Positions 1 to 18,435 of a stretch of DNA of 64,000 nt are shown here, piece after piece (the stretch's first letter is position 1; each line of letters opens with the position of its first letter). Location of the stretch: the NCBI GenBank assembly GCA_964016885.1, contig OZ024745.1, forward strand, positions 50,344,001 to 50,408,000. Direction: 5' to 3'. The notes beneath the pieces were generated by a model, which was not told the origin of the DNA, did no database searches, and saw only the letters and a program-made list of their open reading frames with translations. The position numbers and the translations under genes were made by a program. The stretch comes from Eledone cirrhosa (taxonomy: Eukaryota).

Positions 1-2040
<2,040 letters not shown>

Positions 2041-2817
2041 GACAATAGCAGCTATTTCTTTATTTATCTTTCTATACAATGCCTCCCCTACACATTCACC
2101 CACTAAAAAAACAAAACAAAAACAAACACAAAACAAGACAAGATAGAATGAAAGATTTATAAGGTTCTTTCTATTTGTTTTGCTAGACCACAACACATGC
2201 ACCGGTTAAGTTTCACTTCATTTTTATTAATCAGGTAATTATTCCATCAATTAGTTGGTTAATCAGGAAATTAATTAGTTATCATAGTCCTTTCGTCACA
2301 GCATGTGACGTTATCACTATTTGAATGTGTATATGCGTGTTTATGTGTGTTTATATGTGCGCACGCTTGTGTGTGTGCGTGTGTGTGCGTGTGTATGTAT
2401 GTGTGTGTGTGTGTGTGTTTGTGTATGTTCTGCGTCTGTCAGTTATTATCACGGTGAATGAACCCCACCTATTCCTTTGTATTTGCAAAACTAGGAACGT
2501 AGTATATAGCACAAGATGTTCGGAGGGACAGTGTAGGAATAAGAAAATAACTTACATGGGTGAGACAGTCCGTAGCATAGGAGAAAGAATAAACGAACAC
2601 TGGCGAGAACTCCAAGATAGGAAGAACTCATCAGTATTCCACCAACAAACCAAAATAGAACATGGAGTCACACTACAAAACATAGAAATAAAAATCAGAT
2701 CCACACACAAAAAAGACGCAATTCTCCGACAAATTACAGAAGCGACAAACATAAATGAACTCCAACCAAAATCAAACAGAAAACATGAGTGAAATAACAA
2801 CATCACAACTAGTAATC

Positions 2818-3144
2818 AAGGACAAGATAAAGACATACAGAGACACACAAGAAGCAAACTAATTAAGGACAAGATAAAGACATACAGAGTCACACAAGAA
2901 GCAAACTAATTAAGGACAAGATAAAGACATACAGAGTCACACAAGAAGCAAACTAATTAAGGACAAGATAAAGACATACAGAGTCACACAAGAAGCAAAC
3001 TAATTGAGGACAAGATAAAGACATACAGAGTCACACAAGAAGCAAACTAATTAAGGACAAGATAAAGACATACAGAGTCCCACAAGAAGCAAACTAATTA
3101 AGGACAAGATAAAGACATACAGAGTCCCACAAGAACTAAACTAA
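2818..3144 (+). repeat. 47-bp tandem repeat, 7 copies
   Basis: Unit AAGGACAAGATAAAGACATACAGAGTCACACAAGAAGCAAACTAATT starting at 2818, 2865, 2912, 2959, 3006, 3053 and 3100. Confidence 0.95.
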
Positions 3145-3215
3145 TCAATCAAACCAGTCACACACAGATAGAACAAGCAACCAACTAGTGACAAGTAAAT
3201 AAACGTATAAATGAA

Positions 3216-3246
<31 letters not shown>

Positions 3247-3357
3247 AAACACACATACCCGGATATTACGCATGCGCATCCCAAATACACAGCACACAAC
3301 ACACAAAAAGAAGATGGTGTAGGACAAAACAAACGAGGGACACAAAATAACAAATCA

Positions 3358-3400
3358 GTCACTGAGGAGGTCACAGAATGTATGGCAAAAGATCTTTGAC
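3358..3400 (+). ncRNA. Decayed minimal hammerhead at the PLE 3' end (G12 mutated)
   Basis: GTCA-CTGAGGA-GGTCACAGAATGTATGGC-AAAA-GATC-TT-TGAC then AATAAA. Confidence 0.55.
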
Positions 3401-3509
3401 AATAAACAAAGAACCATCAGGTTATTAAAGGAACCAACTGGAAATCTGTAATAAATTGAAGTGAAAATCCAACAAGTGCATGTGTTTTTATTGGCAGCAT
3501 GACCCTCCC

Positions 3510-3551
<42 letters not shown>

Positions 3552-3554
<3 letters not shown>

Positions 3555-3885
3555 TCTTCTTTGCCCACTTTTCCTGAGAGGGTCGTGTGGGCAGAGTCCT
3601 CAAACACTCCCTCGAGCGGGTCCTGTCAGAAGCAAACACCGCCACCAACTGATGTCCGAAGGTGTACATCCGAAGATGCTGTTGTGATTGGGTTTAGGAG
3701 ATCAGCAGAGTATTCTCTCCACCTCGCGAGAACTCCAGACGCATTCGTGACAGCAAGTGTGGAGGAGGGCTTCTTATTACGAAGTTGGCGGATGGTCTGC
3801 CAGAACACTTTATTTGCTGATCTGAAGTTGGATTCCAGCTTAACCCCAAAGGAACACAGAACCTTCCCACATCCCAACCCTCTCA
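3552..3885 (-). mobile_element. Internally deleted RTE-like LINE fragment
   Basis: FGVKLESNFRSANKVFWQTIRQLR...RWREY..LLNP joined to an LPTRP-type C-terminus and a short AAG tail next to (TA)n. Confidence 0.6.
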
Positions 3886-4783
3886 CACTCTAACTCTCCC
3901 ACACTCCAGCTCTTCCACACTCCAAACCTCATTTTCCACTCCACTCTCCATTGCCTTCCACGAAAAAAAAAAAAAAGCCGTAACTTATTCTACCATCATT
4001 TTTACTGGGGAAAATGAAATTTCTATTTGGGTGTGTAGAAAGGGAATGGGGGTATACATGTATGGACGAGGAGGGGGTAGTATGAATGTATGGTAGGATG
4101 GAAGGTTTAGCATAAATATATATATATATATATATACGATATTAACAAATGGAAACTATATTTATAAAACCATATTTATTTCATTATACATATTTCAAGG
4201 ATACCAAGTTAAATTATGGTATGCCTTCATCAGACAAAATACAATATATACCAGTTTTATAAATAAACATTGACGTACCCTTTTCAAAATGCGACCGTTA
4301 GTTTTGGGAGACATTGTTGTAATACTATTGCTAGAAATAATAACAGAACACACTCACTGTTTGGTTGGTTTTCGCTTCTGCGTCTTTTATATCTCCATAG
4401 TTAATTCATTTGCCCATCAATGTTTATCACTGACTGACTGGCGGTCAAAAATACAGATATAAATACATATATATAGTCTAACAAAGTTCTTTCGTTGCAC
4501 ATAATAGTACCACTGGTGATGTTGCAGATGTGCAACGAAAGAACTTTGTTAGACTATATATATGTATTTATATCTGTATTTTTGACCGCCAGTCAGTCAG
4601 TGATAAAGATTGATGAGCAAATGAATTAACTATGGAGATATAAAAGATGCAGAAGCGAAAACCAACCAAACAGTGAGTGTGTTCTGTTATTATTTCTGGC
4701 AATAGTATTACAACAATATGACTCTCCCCAAGTATAACAATATTTGTTTCGACACACGATTTCATATAAAAAACCTCGCAAAA

Positions 4784-4951
<168 letters not shown>

Positions 4952-5599
4952 TTAGAAACACACATATACATGCGGACACACACATATATACATGAATGCA
5001 TCCGCACCCAACTGTGAGTTAAGGGTGCCAACTTCACCGATGTTGCTCAATGATATTGTTTTTGTTTATGCCACGAAACTACGTAGTCGAGGAATTTAGG
5101 AGCAGCTTAGGTATGATACATTTTATTACTAATTATATCTAAATGTTTCTTCTCTCTTCATAATGTATTTTTAACTCTGATACTGGTTCAGTCTGGTTCA
5201 ACTGAATTGGTCTGTCCCAGTCATTCATTGAGCAACATCGGTGAAGTTGGCACCCTTAACTCACAGTTGGGTGCGGATGCATTCATGTATATATGTGTGT
5301 GTCCGCATGTATCTGTGTGTTTCTAAATATATTGTTAATAACTCCCTCTGGTCGAGCAATCTTTGAGGTGTGGGGACAGCTGGATAGCTTCCATTACTCA
5401 TACTTCTCGACTTCTTCGCCACCTCTTCTACGGCCTCGATATAAATGCCCCCTCCGCCTCCGTGGTATTTTCTTCGGGGTTATAAGAGGCTTAGCTCTGT
5501 TTCTCGACCGTTATATCGCGTGACTATCTCCCCCTCCGCCTTTTGGGATTCTTTCTCACGTCGTGTAGACGCGTTCTTGAGACTAGTAAAATGAGGTAT

Positions 5600-5687
5600 C
5601 CTCTTGATAAGTCGGCAGACCTCGCAAGGACTCTATATCTTTATGATATATTGTTTTTGTTTATGCCACGAAACTACGTAGTCGAGG
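5600..5687 (+). ncRNA. Hammerhead motif, U3-A8 core variant, long loop II
   Basis: CCTC-TTGATAA-GTCGGCA...TGCCAC-GAAAC-TACGTA-GTC-GAGG. Confidence 0.65.
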
Positions 5688-5754
5688 AATTTAGGAGCAG
5701 TTTAGGTATGATACATTTTATTACTAATTATATCTAAATGTTTCTTCTCTCTTC

Positions 5755-5846
<92 letters not shown>

Positions 5847-5972
5847 TTTTGCGAGGTTTTTGATATGAAATCGTGTGTCGAAACAAATATTGTTATACTT
5901 GGGGAGGGTCATATTGTTGTAATACTATTGCCAGAAATAATAACAGAACACACTCACTGTTTGGTTGGTTTT

Positions 5973-6574
5973 CCAGGTCACCAGTTGGTGCTACTGGTAA
6001 CATGTATCCTAGTACAACCTGTCTCGTAAACGAGTTGGCGACTAAACTGGCAACCCCACCAAGGTTTCTTGGTGAGGAGGGTGACTTTGGACATCCTGCA
6101 GGACTAAAAACAAAACCTGTCAAAGGGCAAAGGAGCTCTTAAGAGTCAATGGCCATCCAAAATCACCGGGAGAGATGACCCCTTAGCCTTTGTCAAGGCA
6201 GAATTCTAGGAGAAGGAAAACTCTGATATAACACCTGCAACCCTGATGGTATCCAATGATGTTGACTTGTTCTTCTTTTTGGTAAATATCATCTTGGTTA
6301 AGAGAGTGGGACTGGCTTTGTGCAGTACCTTTGCTCACTATAAAAGCTTCACGGCACAGGCATTGCTTTATATCTGGAGATCTCTCTGCACTTGTCGTCA
6401 CATGGTACCATGGACCCAGCACTATGTGTCAATAATTGTCACAAGTGTAGTGTTTGTACCAGAGTTTTCAAGTCGCTGGCTGGACTAAAAAGTCATAGTC
6501 GTTCAGCGCATCGGTAGGGGTTCTCCTACATGGATATAAACTAGTGGCCGTACTCGAAAACGAGTTGGCAGCCA

Positions 6575-6576
<2 letters not shown>
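5973..6576 (+). mobile_element. Probable LINE (RTE-like) 5'-UTR remnants
   Basis: GC-richer non-coding block with the motif CTCGTAAACGAGTTGGC repeated as CTCGAAAACGAGTTGGC (about 6023 and 6554) and GGCGACTAAACTGGCAACC. Family assignment is from recollection only. Confidence 0.35.
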
Positions 6577-6611
<35 letters not shown>

Positions 6612-6829
6612 TATAATATATATATGGGAGGGAGAGAGTAGCATAAATATATGATGAGAAGGAGGGGGTAGAATGAATATATATATATATTTATATATAT
6701 ATATTTATATATATATAAAGATGGTTGGGGTGGAAGAGAAAATTAGACGCTCCACTGCTGATTGAAGGGGCTTTTTTGATGGCGGGGCTGTTCGGAAATA
6801 CAAGTTGTCTTTTCCCCTGCTATTCACTC

Positions 6830-10081
<3,252 letters not shown>

Positions 10082-10270
10082 AAAATGTTTGACCCCGACG
10101 GCAGAGCTCAAGCCGTTTCGACGGCTATTTCTGAGTCCAAAAATAGCCGTCAAAACGGCTTGAGCTCTGCCTTCGGGGTCAAACATTTTCCTATTACCCA
10201 CTCTACAACACTAAGTATTGAGTACTCTGGTGCGTTACGGTCCATCTGATTCCTTACCACACCTCCTTCG

Positions 10271-10335
<65 letters not shown>

Positions 10336-10714
10336 ATGTATATATGCATATATATATATACACATCTATTTGTATATGCGCTGCAATTTATATACATGCT
10401 ATGTAGAGACAGATGGAAGAGATATATATAGATACATATATAGAGAGGGAGAGAGTTGGTGTTAATTGATATAAATTTCTATTTATTTGCCACCAGGGCA
10501 TCAACGATTGGGACAAATACAAAGGGGGGAGTTTACATACATTTAAAAAGACGTGTAAAAAACATATAACAAATTAAATTTAACAATCGATGTCCTCAAT
10601 AGGGAGGGGCGTTGACATGGGTCGCACACACCCCCGAAAAAATGTGCAACCCTCCTCTTCAGGGGCACAACGAGCGGGTGCCTCCTTCCTCTTCTCATTC
10701 TTCTCCTCTCTCAC

Positions 10715-13700
10715 CTACAGGCTGATATAGAGAGAAGGCCCATTCACTCGGGCCATTCTCGCTACTTTCACCCACCTTTCATAAAACTTGCTGGGCTAAA
10801 GCACCTCTCTCTCCATTCTGATCCTTCTTCTAAAGTGGTACTTGAAAAAAAAGACCAGTTGTTGGCCGGAGAGTAAGGTGTCTGACCTCAGCCCTTTCAA
10901 CCTTGTCCACCATACAACTTCTTTCGCCATAGCTATCACACAGAGGAAAACCGCCTCTCCTTCGTTTTTGAAAGGGGGAGGCGGTTTGATCGTGACAATG
11001 TTCTCGATGGTCAACCGGATTGGTCCCACCCGCGACAGTAGTCGTTCCACATAGCCCCACAGGTCAGCAACGCCCGGGCAGTGTACGAATGCGTGTGCGA
11101 CGGTTTCCTCGTCACGCACGCATCTCGGACAGATATTCTTCGAGGGGTCCCTACCCGGGAGCCCGTGTCTGTAGAGCTTGTCCCGAACGGGTAGAGCTCC
11201 TCGGTAACATTGCCAAGCCAGGGACTTTTGGAAGTTGTCCATCGGTCCCGGGCCAAACGTCCTACCGAATAGACTGGCCAGCTCATCCTCCTCCATGACA
11301 GAGCCCCTCCGAGAGCGTCGTCGCACTTACTGCGCACCAATCCTCTATAGAATGTTGAGGTTGAGTCTCCACTGATTGCCGGATCCGCTTGCCAGAGGGC
11401 CGTGAGCGCCTGGGCACATTCAATGTGCCAGTCGCCCACTTTTCTCGGTCTTTGCTTGACCCAGGATTGCAGCTCGGTGAGTGAGACGAGTCTCAGAAAG
11501 GCTCGCCTCACAAACAGGGCCCACACCGTCTGACCGGTGAGGAATACCTGGAGGTGCCGTAGCCTTAATGCGTGTCTACGCATCGTCAGCCACAGCATCC
11601 CCAGCCCTCCGTTCGAAGGGTGTTGACAGCAGATGGATCTTCTCACCAAAGGAGCCCGCTTCTTCCAAAGAAATCGGAAGAGCGCGCGCTCCATTTTGGC
11701 GAGTGTTTTCTCTGGGTAAGGCACGACGGTCAAGCGGTAGTAGATGACGAACCAGACCCCGAGCAGCTTTACCGGTCCCTCCGTCCAGTGTCCGACGATG
11801 CCGTCGGAGGGCATCGTTTTGCCCCTCCACGTCCCGAGTTGCAAACCGACAGACTTGTCCCGGCTCAGCTTGGCTCCTGTGAACCTTTCATATTCTTCCA
11901 GTAAGGTGCCGATCTGCCCGATTTCCGAGGCGCATGACACCATTACTGTCACGTCATCGGCGTAGGCCGACACCTCTTTCCGCAATCCCGGTTCCAAGGG
12001 GATGCCCTGCAACAGCTCCAGCTTCCTCAGTAGTGGCTCGAGAGCCAGCACATACAGGAGGGAGGAGAGAGGGCATTCCTGTCGGATGGATCGCGTGATC
12101 AGGAATGGCTCCGAGAGGTAGCCGTTCACCTTGACCCTCGAGCAGGTGTTGCTGCTGTGCATTGCAGCAATCCAGCCCCTGAAAACGGGTCCGAAGCCTG
12201 CCGCCGCGAGCACCGCATCCAGGTACCGATGGTCAACCCTATCGAACGCCTTAGATTGATCCAAGTTGATCAGGGCCCCACCAAAGCCGGGTTCGTTTCC
12301 TACCCTCTCTACGATGTATCGCATGAGGTGGAGGTTGTCGTGTATGGACCTGGACGGGATTGCGCATGTCTGCGCTTCTCCCACCAGGTTCCCGACGACA
12401 AGCGCCAACCTCTTCGCTAACACCTTGGCCAAAATCTTTAACTCTGTGTTTAACAGAGTTATGGGCCTGAAGTTATCTATGTCATCCCCCTTGTTCTCGT
12501 CCTTCCTCACCAGCGTGACTACGCCTTTGGTCACAGAACTAGGAATTCTCCCGTTCTGTTGCCAGTTGCAGTAGACCGCCTCGAGGAGACCGGAGAACAA
12601 GCCCGGCATCGCTACATAAAGTTCGTATGGTAGACCATCGAGACCCGGAGATTTGCGTTTGCCGCATTGGCTCAGCGCTTCCCCTATTTCAGCGGCTGAA
12701 ATCGGCCTCTCGCAGGACTTCACCTCCCCGTCCGAGAGCCGCGCCAGACTGTCGAGGTATGGACCGAAATCCATGGCCCCACCCGGCCCGCCGCCCCTCC
12801 TGAACAGTCGTGCAAAGCGCCGTTGAAAGGCCGCGCTCATCCGCTCAGGTTCAAGGATCACGCGTCCATCCTGGTCCTTCAAAGACCGAATCGTGGACTT
12901 GTTTCCACTTTTTGCCTCTGTCACTCGGGCCCAGCTAACAGCTTTGGCTCCCTCGTTACCCAGAGCACGTATTTTACTCCTGACAACGCAGCCCTCGTGC
13001 TTCGCATCAAAGAACAGGCCTATGGCCGTTCTTGACGCCAGCACGCCCACCACGTTGCCACTCCTAATCGCCTCTTCTACTCTATTTGTTAATTGCCTTT
13101 CAGTTCTATTCCTATCTGATGCTAATTCCTGACTAAAACCTATCGATTCTATTCTAATTTCTCTCTTGAGAGAGCCCCACCATCTGCTGTTGACAATTGC
13201 CCCCATCAAACGCTTCTTAACTAGTGTGCTAATCCGCTTACTCTAAGCTTTGTTTGTCGGTAAAGGCAAGTTTAGCTTCCAGTAACCGGGTCCCTGTCTA
13301 TGAGTTCTATCAAGGTTGACCACTCTGGTCACCAACTTGTGATCCGAATAGTCAACCATGAACATTCGTGGACAGCTTAATATGTCCCTATCCTTATTTC
13401 TAACTAGGAACCTATCTAGGTACGGCCTAGATGTTCCGCTGCGATTAGTCCACGTCCACAGTGGCACAGTCGGAAAATCTAGTCGATATCTATCGGCCAG
13501 ATCAAATCGGCCGATTAATCGTTTGAGGCTGTTACACCCCCCTCTATCGGGACATGCCCCTACATAGTCCCAACGTGCATCCAGGATACCATTCCAGTCC
13601 CCCACTAAAAGCAAGGAGCGAGACGTTCCCAGGAAATTCTCCAGGCGTCGGAAGAAGTCCGGTCGCGTTGTACCAGATGTGGCATACGCTGCTACCAGCC

Positions 13701-14001
13701 TGAAAGCTCTACCTTCACCACTGCCGACGTCTAAAACCACCAGTCGACCCTCTGGGTCCAGGTGTACCTTCTGTGTGGCAAGACCCAGGTATTTTCGCAG
13801 CAGAACGACAACCCCACCCCCACCCCTCGGCTGACAGAGAGATGCATAGATGGGGGCCAGTTGGCGCTCGCTGCTGATCCTGGACTCGTAAATAACCATT
13901 ACATCCACTCTGTGCGACCTGGGGTCATTTAAGAGTTTGCCCTGTTTCCAGGACATCCCCAGGCCGCGTGCATTCACACATCCAACTCTTATATTGGCCA
14001 T
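10715..14001 (-). pseudogene. LINE ORF2 (APE endonuclease, reverse transcriptase, C-terminal zinc-binding domain) split by frameshifts
   Basis: APE motifs CVNARGL, GDWN, LDRF, SDH, WKLN (13243-14001). RT motifs KSPGLDGLP, FRPITLLN, DQSKAFDRV, AYADD, LGVWF (11011-13209). CPRC..ETVAHAFVHC (10796-11326). Last frame ends at TAG 10715-10717. Confidence 0.9.
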
Positions 14002-14043
14002 GTTGGTGCTGAAGAGTTTAAAAGGAAGAGGAAAGGAAATTAC

Positions 14044-15919
14044 TTACCTCTTCGTCTCCTGGGGACCAGGCTGCACAATTTCCATGGGGGTGTTGGAAGG
14101 GTTGTTTGGTGGGGTGGTGGTTTGTGGTAGGTTGAGGACATCAGTGTGTGGTGGGATTAGGGTATTTGGTGGGGTGTGGGTGTCTGGTGTGGGGGTGGGG
14201 AAACATCTCAATAGGACGTGGTTAAGGGGTTTGGTGCAGTTGGTCCCCACATGCATTGGATGGTTCTTTTTCAAAGTTACATAGGTTTCCGTTGGGACCC
14301 TAATCATCATTAGGTGCGGTTTGTTCGCTGCGCATGTGAAAGTGATCCCTTCGGTTTCCACCGAAGGGTTATTTTCTATTGCTTTCATCAACGTTTTATT
14401 GTTCTTGTTAATGTATGTATAGAGTTTTTGTTGTGTTGTGTTTGTTTTTGTTTGTTGTTCTTGTGCGTGTTTGCGTTTTGTAGTATGTGTTATGTTTTGG
14501 GGAGGGGTGGGGTTTTCTTGTTTGTGATGTTTGTTCTATTTGTGCTGGTGGTTGTGTGTTTGTAGCATTTTTGTTAATGTGGTGCCTTTTCTTTTTCCTT
14601 TTCACCTGTTGAAAGGGTTCTCCCTCGTCGTCACTGGGTGACGTTGATACGGAGTCCTCTTCCGTGTTGTTGGGGAGAGGCATATTTGGGGGTTTTGTTG
14701 TGGTTGCTTTTGTATTTGTTTTAGGTTCGGAGGGATTGGGTGGAACAGTGTTTTGTGTTGTTATTTTTCCGTGTTGTTGTTGTTGTTGTTGTTGTGGTGG
14801 TGGTGGTGGTGGTGGTGGTGGTGGTGGTGGTGGTGGTGGTGGTGGTGGTGGTGGTGGTGGTTGTGTTGTTGTGTTCGGGGTTGACAGAAGAGCCTTTTTT
14901 TTACTCCTTAATTGAGGACAGGCAGCCATCAGGTGACCCCTGCTTAAGCAGTTGTAACATGACGGCCGCCTTCCCTCCACTGAAATGTTTATATAAGTTA
15001 GCCCGTCCAGAGGCACGCGTTGTGGGATATTCGCTATTCGTTCTGGGCTCATTTGCACCAGAACTTCTACGCTGGTCCCACCAAATACACCTCCGGAGGA
15101 CTTTCCTATTGAAATTATCTTGTCTTCATCAAAGTCAATGATTCCACATAGTATCCACCAAATATTTACATTTGGTGTGATACTCATTATTTTTATTCTT
15201 TGTGTCCTTTTTCCCCTGTATGTGGGGAAAAAGGTGAAGCGGGGGGACACAATGGGTGATACCGAGTACTTTTGTGCTGTTGACTGGTTGTTCATTAGCA
15301 CCGAAATGCTACCAAACAGTTTACCTTTTTGTATGAAGGTTATGTCCTTTATTGCATCTTTTAGAAACAGCTCAATTTCATTTTGTGATAATTGAGCTGG
15401 TTTTCTTGTTTCGTTCGATATTGTCCTGAAAACTGTGGTTTTCAGGACAGCCTCTCTACATAATTTCTGTGGAGAATTGATGCTAAAAGCACCGTTTTCG
15501 CCAAAAGTCACGAATTGTTTTGCGTCTTGTAGTAGTTGTTTAGCATTTGTTATGTCTATTGGCGTGTATAGTTCGTTTTTTTTTACAGTCTGTGCGAACG
15601 TTGTTTTGGTGTTGTCTTTTTTGTTGCTGCTGTTGTTGTCTTTTTTGCTGCTGCTGTTGTTGTAACTGTTGGTAATATTGTTCATGTTTCCCTTGGTGTT
15701 GCTATTGTTGCAGTTGTTGGTTGTGGTGTTATTGTCATTGTTCTTGTTGTTGGTGCTGGTATTATTTACCGGGTTTGGTTTCGTGGTTTCAATATTTTCA
15801 ACGTTTTTCGATAATTCGAGGGGGGAAGGCTGCAAGCTTTGTACTCCTACCTTCCCTCCACCACTTTTCTTAGTGGGCGTGGAACTCACGACAGTGTGCG
15901 AGGTGGAAATGGCATCCAT
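14044..15919 (-). pseudogene. LINE ORF1 (gag-like, zinc knuckle); open 15919-14408 with a probable frameshifted tail ending at 14044
   Basis: EGRRPSCYNCLSRGHLMAACP knuckle; Asn-, Pro- and Thr-rich low-complexity linkers. An overlapping +1 frame (..QKLYTYINKNNKTLMKAIENN..PQETKR*) continues to 14044. Confidence 0.8.
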
Positions 15920-16124
15920 TGCTGACTACCAAGTCTACACAGTTTTGAGATGAAAATGAAAATTTCGCCCCAGAAAGGGGCGAAAATTAGTTGACTCAAC
16001 GTCTGAAGGCCCAGGCAAGGGGTTAAACTAAACAATGCTATTAAATTGAGCAATGAACTCACAGTTTTTTTTACAATAATCCGTAAAGGTCCGGAGCGAA
16101 GTAATTCACGTCTATATCAAGTGG

Positions 16125-16860
16125 TAATTGATATAGAGAGGAAGGTTGGGCGAGTGTGTTGTATAATAGATATAGAGAGGGGGAGAGATTGATGTTTAGT
16201 GATATAGAGAGAGGAATTTGAATAGAGTTCCCTGTAGTAGATATACAGAGGGGGAGAGTTTGGCGTTAATTGATATAGAGAGGGGTATTGGAAGAGAGTT
16301 AGGTATAGTAGATATAGAGAGGGGGAGAGTTGGGTGTTAATTGATATAGAGAGGGGCGGGGAGATTGATGTTTATTGATATATCATAGATACGGGTACTG
16401 GAAGAGAGTTCCAAGTAGTAGATATAGAGAGAGGGAGAGTTTGGTGCTAATTGATATAGTGAGAGGGGCGATGGAAGAGAGTATCGTGAAGTATATATAG
16501 AGAGGGGGAGAGTTTGGTGTTAATTTATATATAGAGTGGGATTGGAAGACAGTACCGTGTAGTAGATATAGAGAGGGTGATAATTTGTTGGTTGTAGATA
16601 TGCAGAGAGGGATAATGGGAAAGTGTCGTGTAGTAGATATAGAGAGGGGGAGAGTTTAGGGGTGATTGATATAGAGGGGGGATTGGGAAAGATAAGGGAA
16701 GATATTTATGGATAGTGAGAGAGAGTATTAGTGTTAGATATAGAGAGTGGAATAGGAGGGGCGGTGTCGTGGTAGATATAGAGAGGGGTAGAGTTTGGTT
16801 TTAGTAGATTAAAAGAGAGTTTTGTGTGATAGACATAGAGAGGAGGAGAGTTTGGTGGCA
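16125..16860 (+). repeat. Degenerate purine-rich minisatellite (GATATAGAGAGGGGGAGAGTTTGG...), target of the Tx1-like insertion
   Basis: GATATAGAGAG recurs about every 30-35 bp; the same unit is present left of the LINE at about 10405-10473. Confidence 0.85.
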
Positions 16861-18300
16861 CTCTCGGGTCCCATATAATAGAAGGGGTGGCAATAATGAG
16901 GGTGAGGCTTGGGAAATCAGTAATTGTATTGTGTACGTTCGTAAATATGGGATTTCTTGTAATGTTCTTTTGAAATATATAATGTTTTTTTTTAATGTAA
17001 AATAAAATTGTTATTATTAGATTCTCCAACTGCCGTATCAATATGAATTAATTACAATAAAATTTCACCGGAGATAGATTAACAAAATTTAATAAGTGGG
17101 TGAGGGCCGTTGGTGGAATAAAAACCGGAGTGGGTGGGTTGGAAAAAATCTAACAAATTAATAAGCTAGGGGTGGGGACGATTATTCAAGACTTGAGAGT
17201 ACGTGAATTATTGAAGGACGTAAGAATGAAAACTTAATACCGAAGTAGATTTTAAATATTTATTCATTATGGATAAGCCGTGTTACTCTGGAGTCTCACC
17301 TGCGTACTCACAGAATCATCAGTGATCCTGTGAGTGCGCAGGTGAAACTTTAGAGCAACAAAGATCACCAATAGCCATAATAAATGAATATATATATATA
17401 CAAAATTTAGTACAGCATCAACGAAGCCATGGTTGCAGCCAAGCTAACGAATGCAGTTTCGGTGTACAGCTAAGCACTCGATAGGGTATATAACCCTAGA
17501 GTTATAACATTACGTTTAGATAGCTTTGCAAATTGAAGACAGCGACCATAGCGACGAAAAAGACTGAACTCAGGAAAAATGTTTTGACTAACCTGGACCA
17601 TCACGTCGACATCAATACACAACACATAATATATACCACATAATATAATATACATCACATATACTCCATAATATCTCCGCTAGGTTTCTGTAAATCCGAA
17701 ATCGACAAAATCCACTTTCAGGGGTCTGCAAGTTAATGGTTTTTGAAAATAGAACAATGGAGTTTACTTCGTCAACAAGTTTTTCGTTCTGGTCCGCTCG
17801 GGTGTTGATGCTAGAGTAAGCGCTGCTAACAAACACATGGTTTTCCCAAAGGGAGGTAACCCCCGATTTTGGCGGTCAATTCAAAATTTGGAACAAAGGA
17901 ATAAAAATTCCTTTACACAAACCGAATTAAGCACTCAACTTGAAGTTATCAAACAAACATAAACAATTAATCGATCAATAGAATTGTCTAATTAAATTAA
18001 TCAATTAATCGTTAATTCTATGAGATAATAATACAAAATTTAGTACAGCATCAACGAAGCCATGGTTGTATCCAAGCTAACGAATGCAGTTTCGGTGTGC
18101 GCAGCTAAGCACTCGATAGGGTATATAATCCTAGAGTTATAACATTACGTTTAGACAGCTTTGCAAATTGTATATATATATAACAAAGATGGCACTGGGT
18201 ACACGGAATCGTGTGGCCTCTGTCGTCATTGAAATATGTATCCCAGCCTTATCAATAAAGGACTTTAACATCTGAGAATAATTCGGATTTTCTTATTCTC

Positions 18301-18435
<135 letters not shown>

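Larger units (their letters stand above)
2440..3480 (+). mobile_element. Penelope-like element 3' fragment: GIY-YIG endonuclease, 47-bp tandem array, terminal hammerhead
   Basis: NVVYSTRC..C....YMGETVRSIGERINEH...RQITEA..I...QP..N at about 2490-2790; hammerhead-like motif plus AATAAA at 3358-3406. Confidence 0.8.
10474..16124 (-). mobile_element. Full-length Tx1/L1-like non-LTR retrotransposon (about 5.65 kb), frameshifted
   Basis: ORF1 has a CCHC knuckle; ORF2 has APE, RT and a C-terminal Cys/His domain. Flanked by the direct repeat TAATTGATATA at 10463-10473 and 16125-16135. AATAAA (minus strand) at 10482-10487. Confidence 0.9.

Noticed and set aside
2818-3144. 47-bp array as a CRISPR
   Set aside because: The units are contiguous with no unique spacers, in a eukaryotic context inside a PLE 3' region.
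11011-13209. 732-aa RT ORF as an active retrotransposase
   Set aside because: It is separated from the endonuclease and C-terminal domain by frameshifts, has an apparent deletion after LGVWF and an altered QG motif (RQEC); this copy is probably dead.
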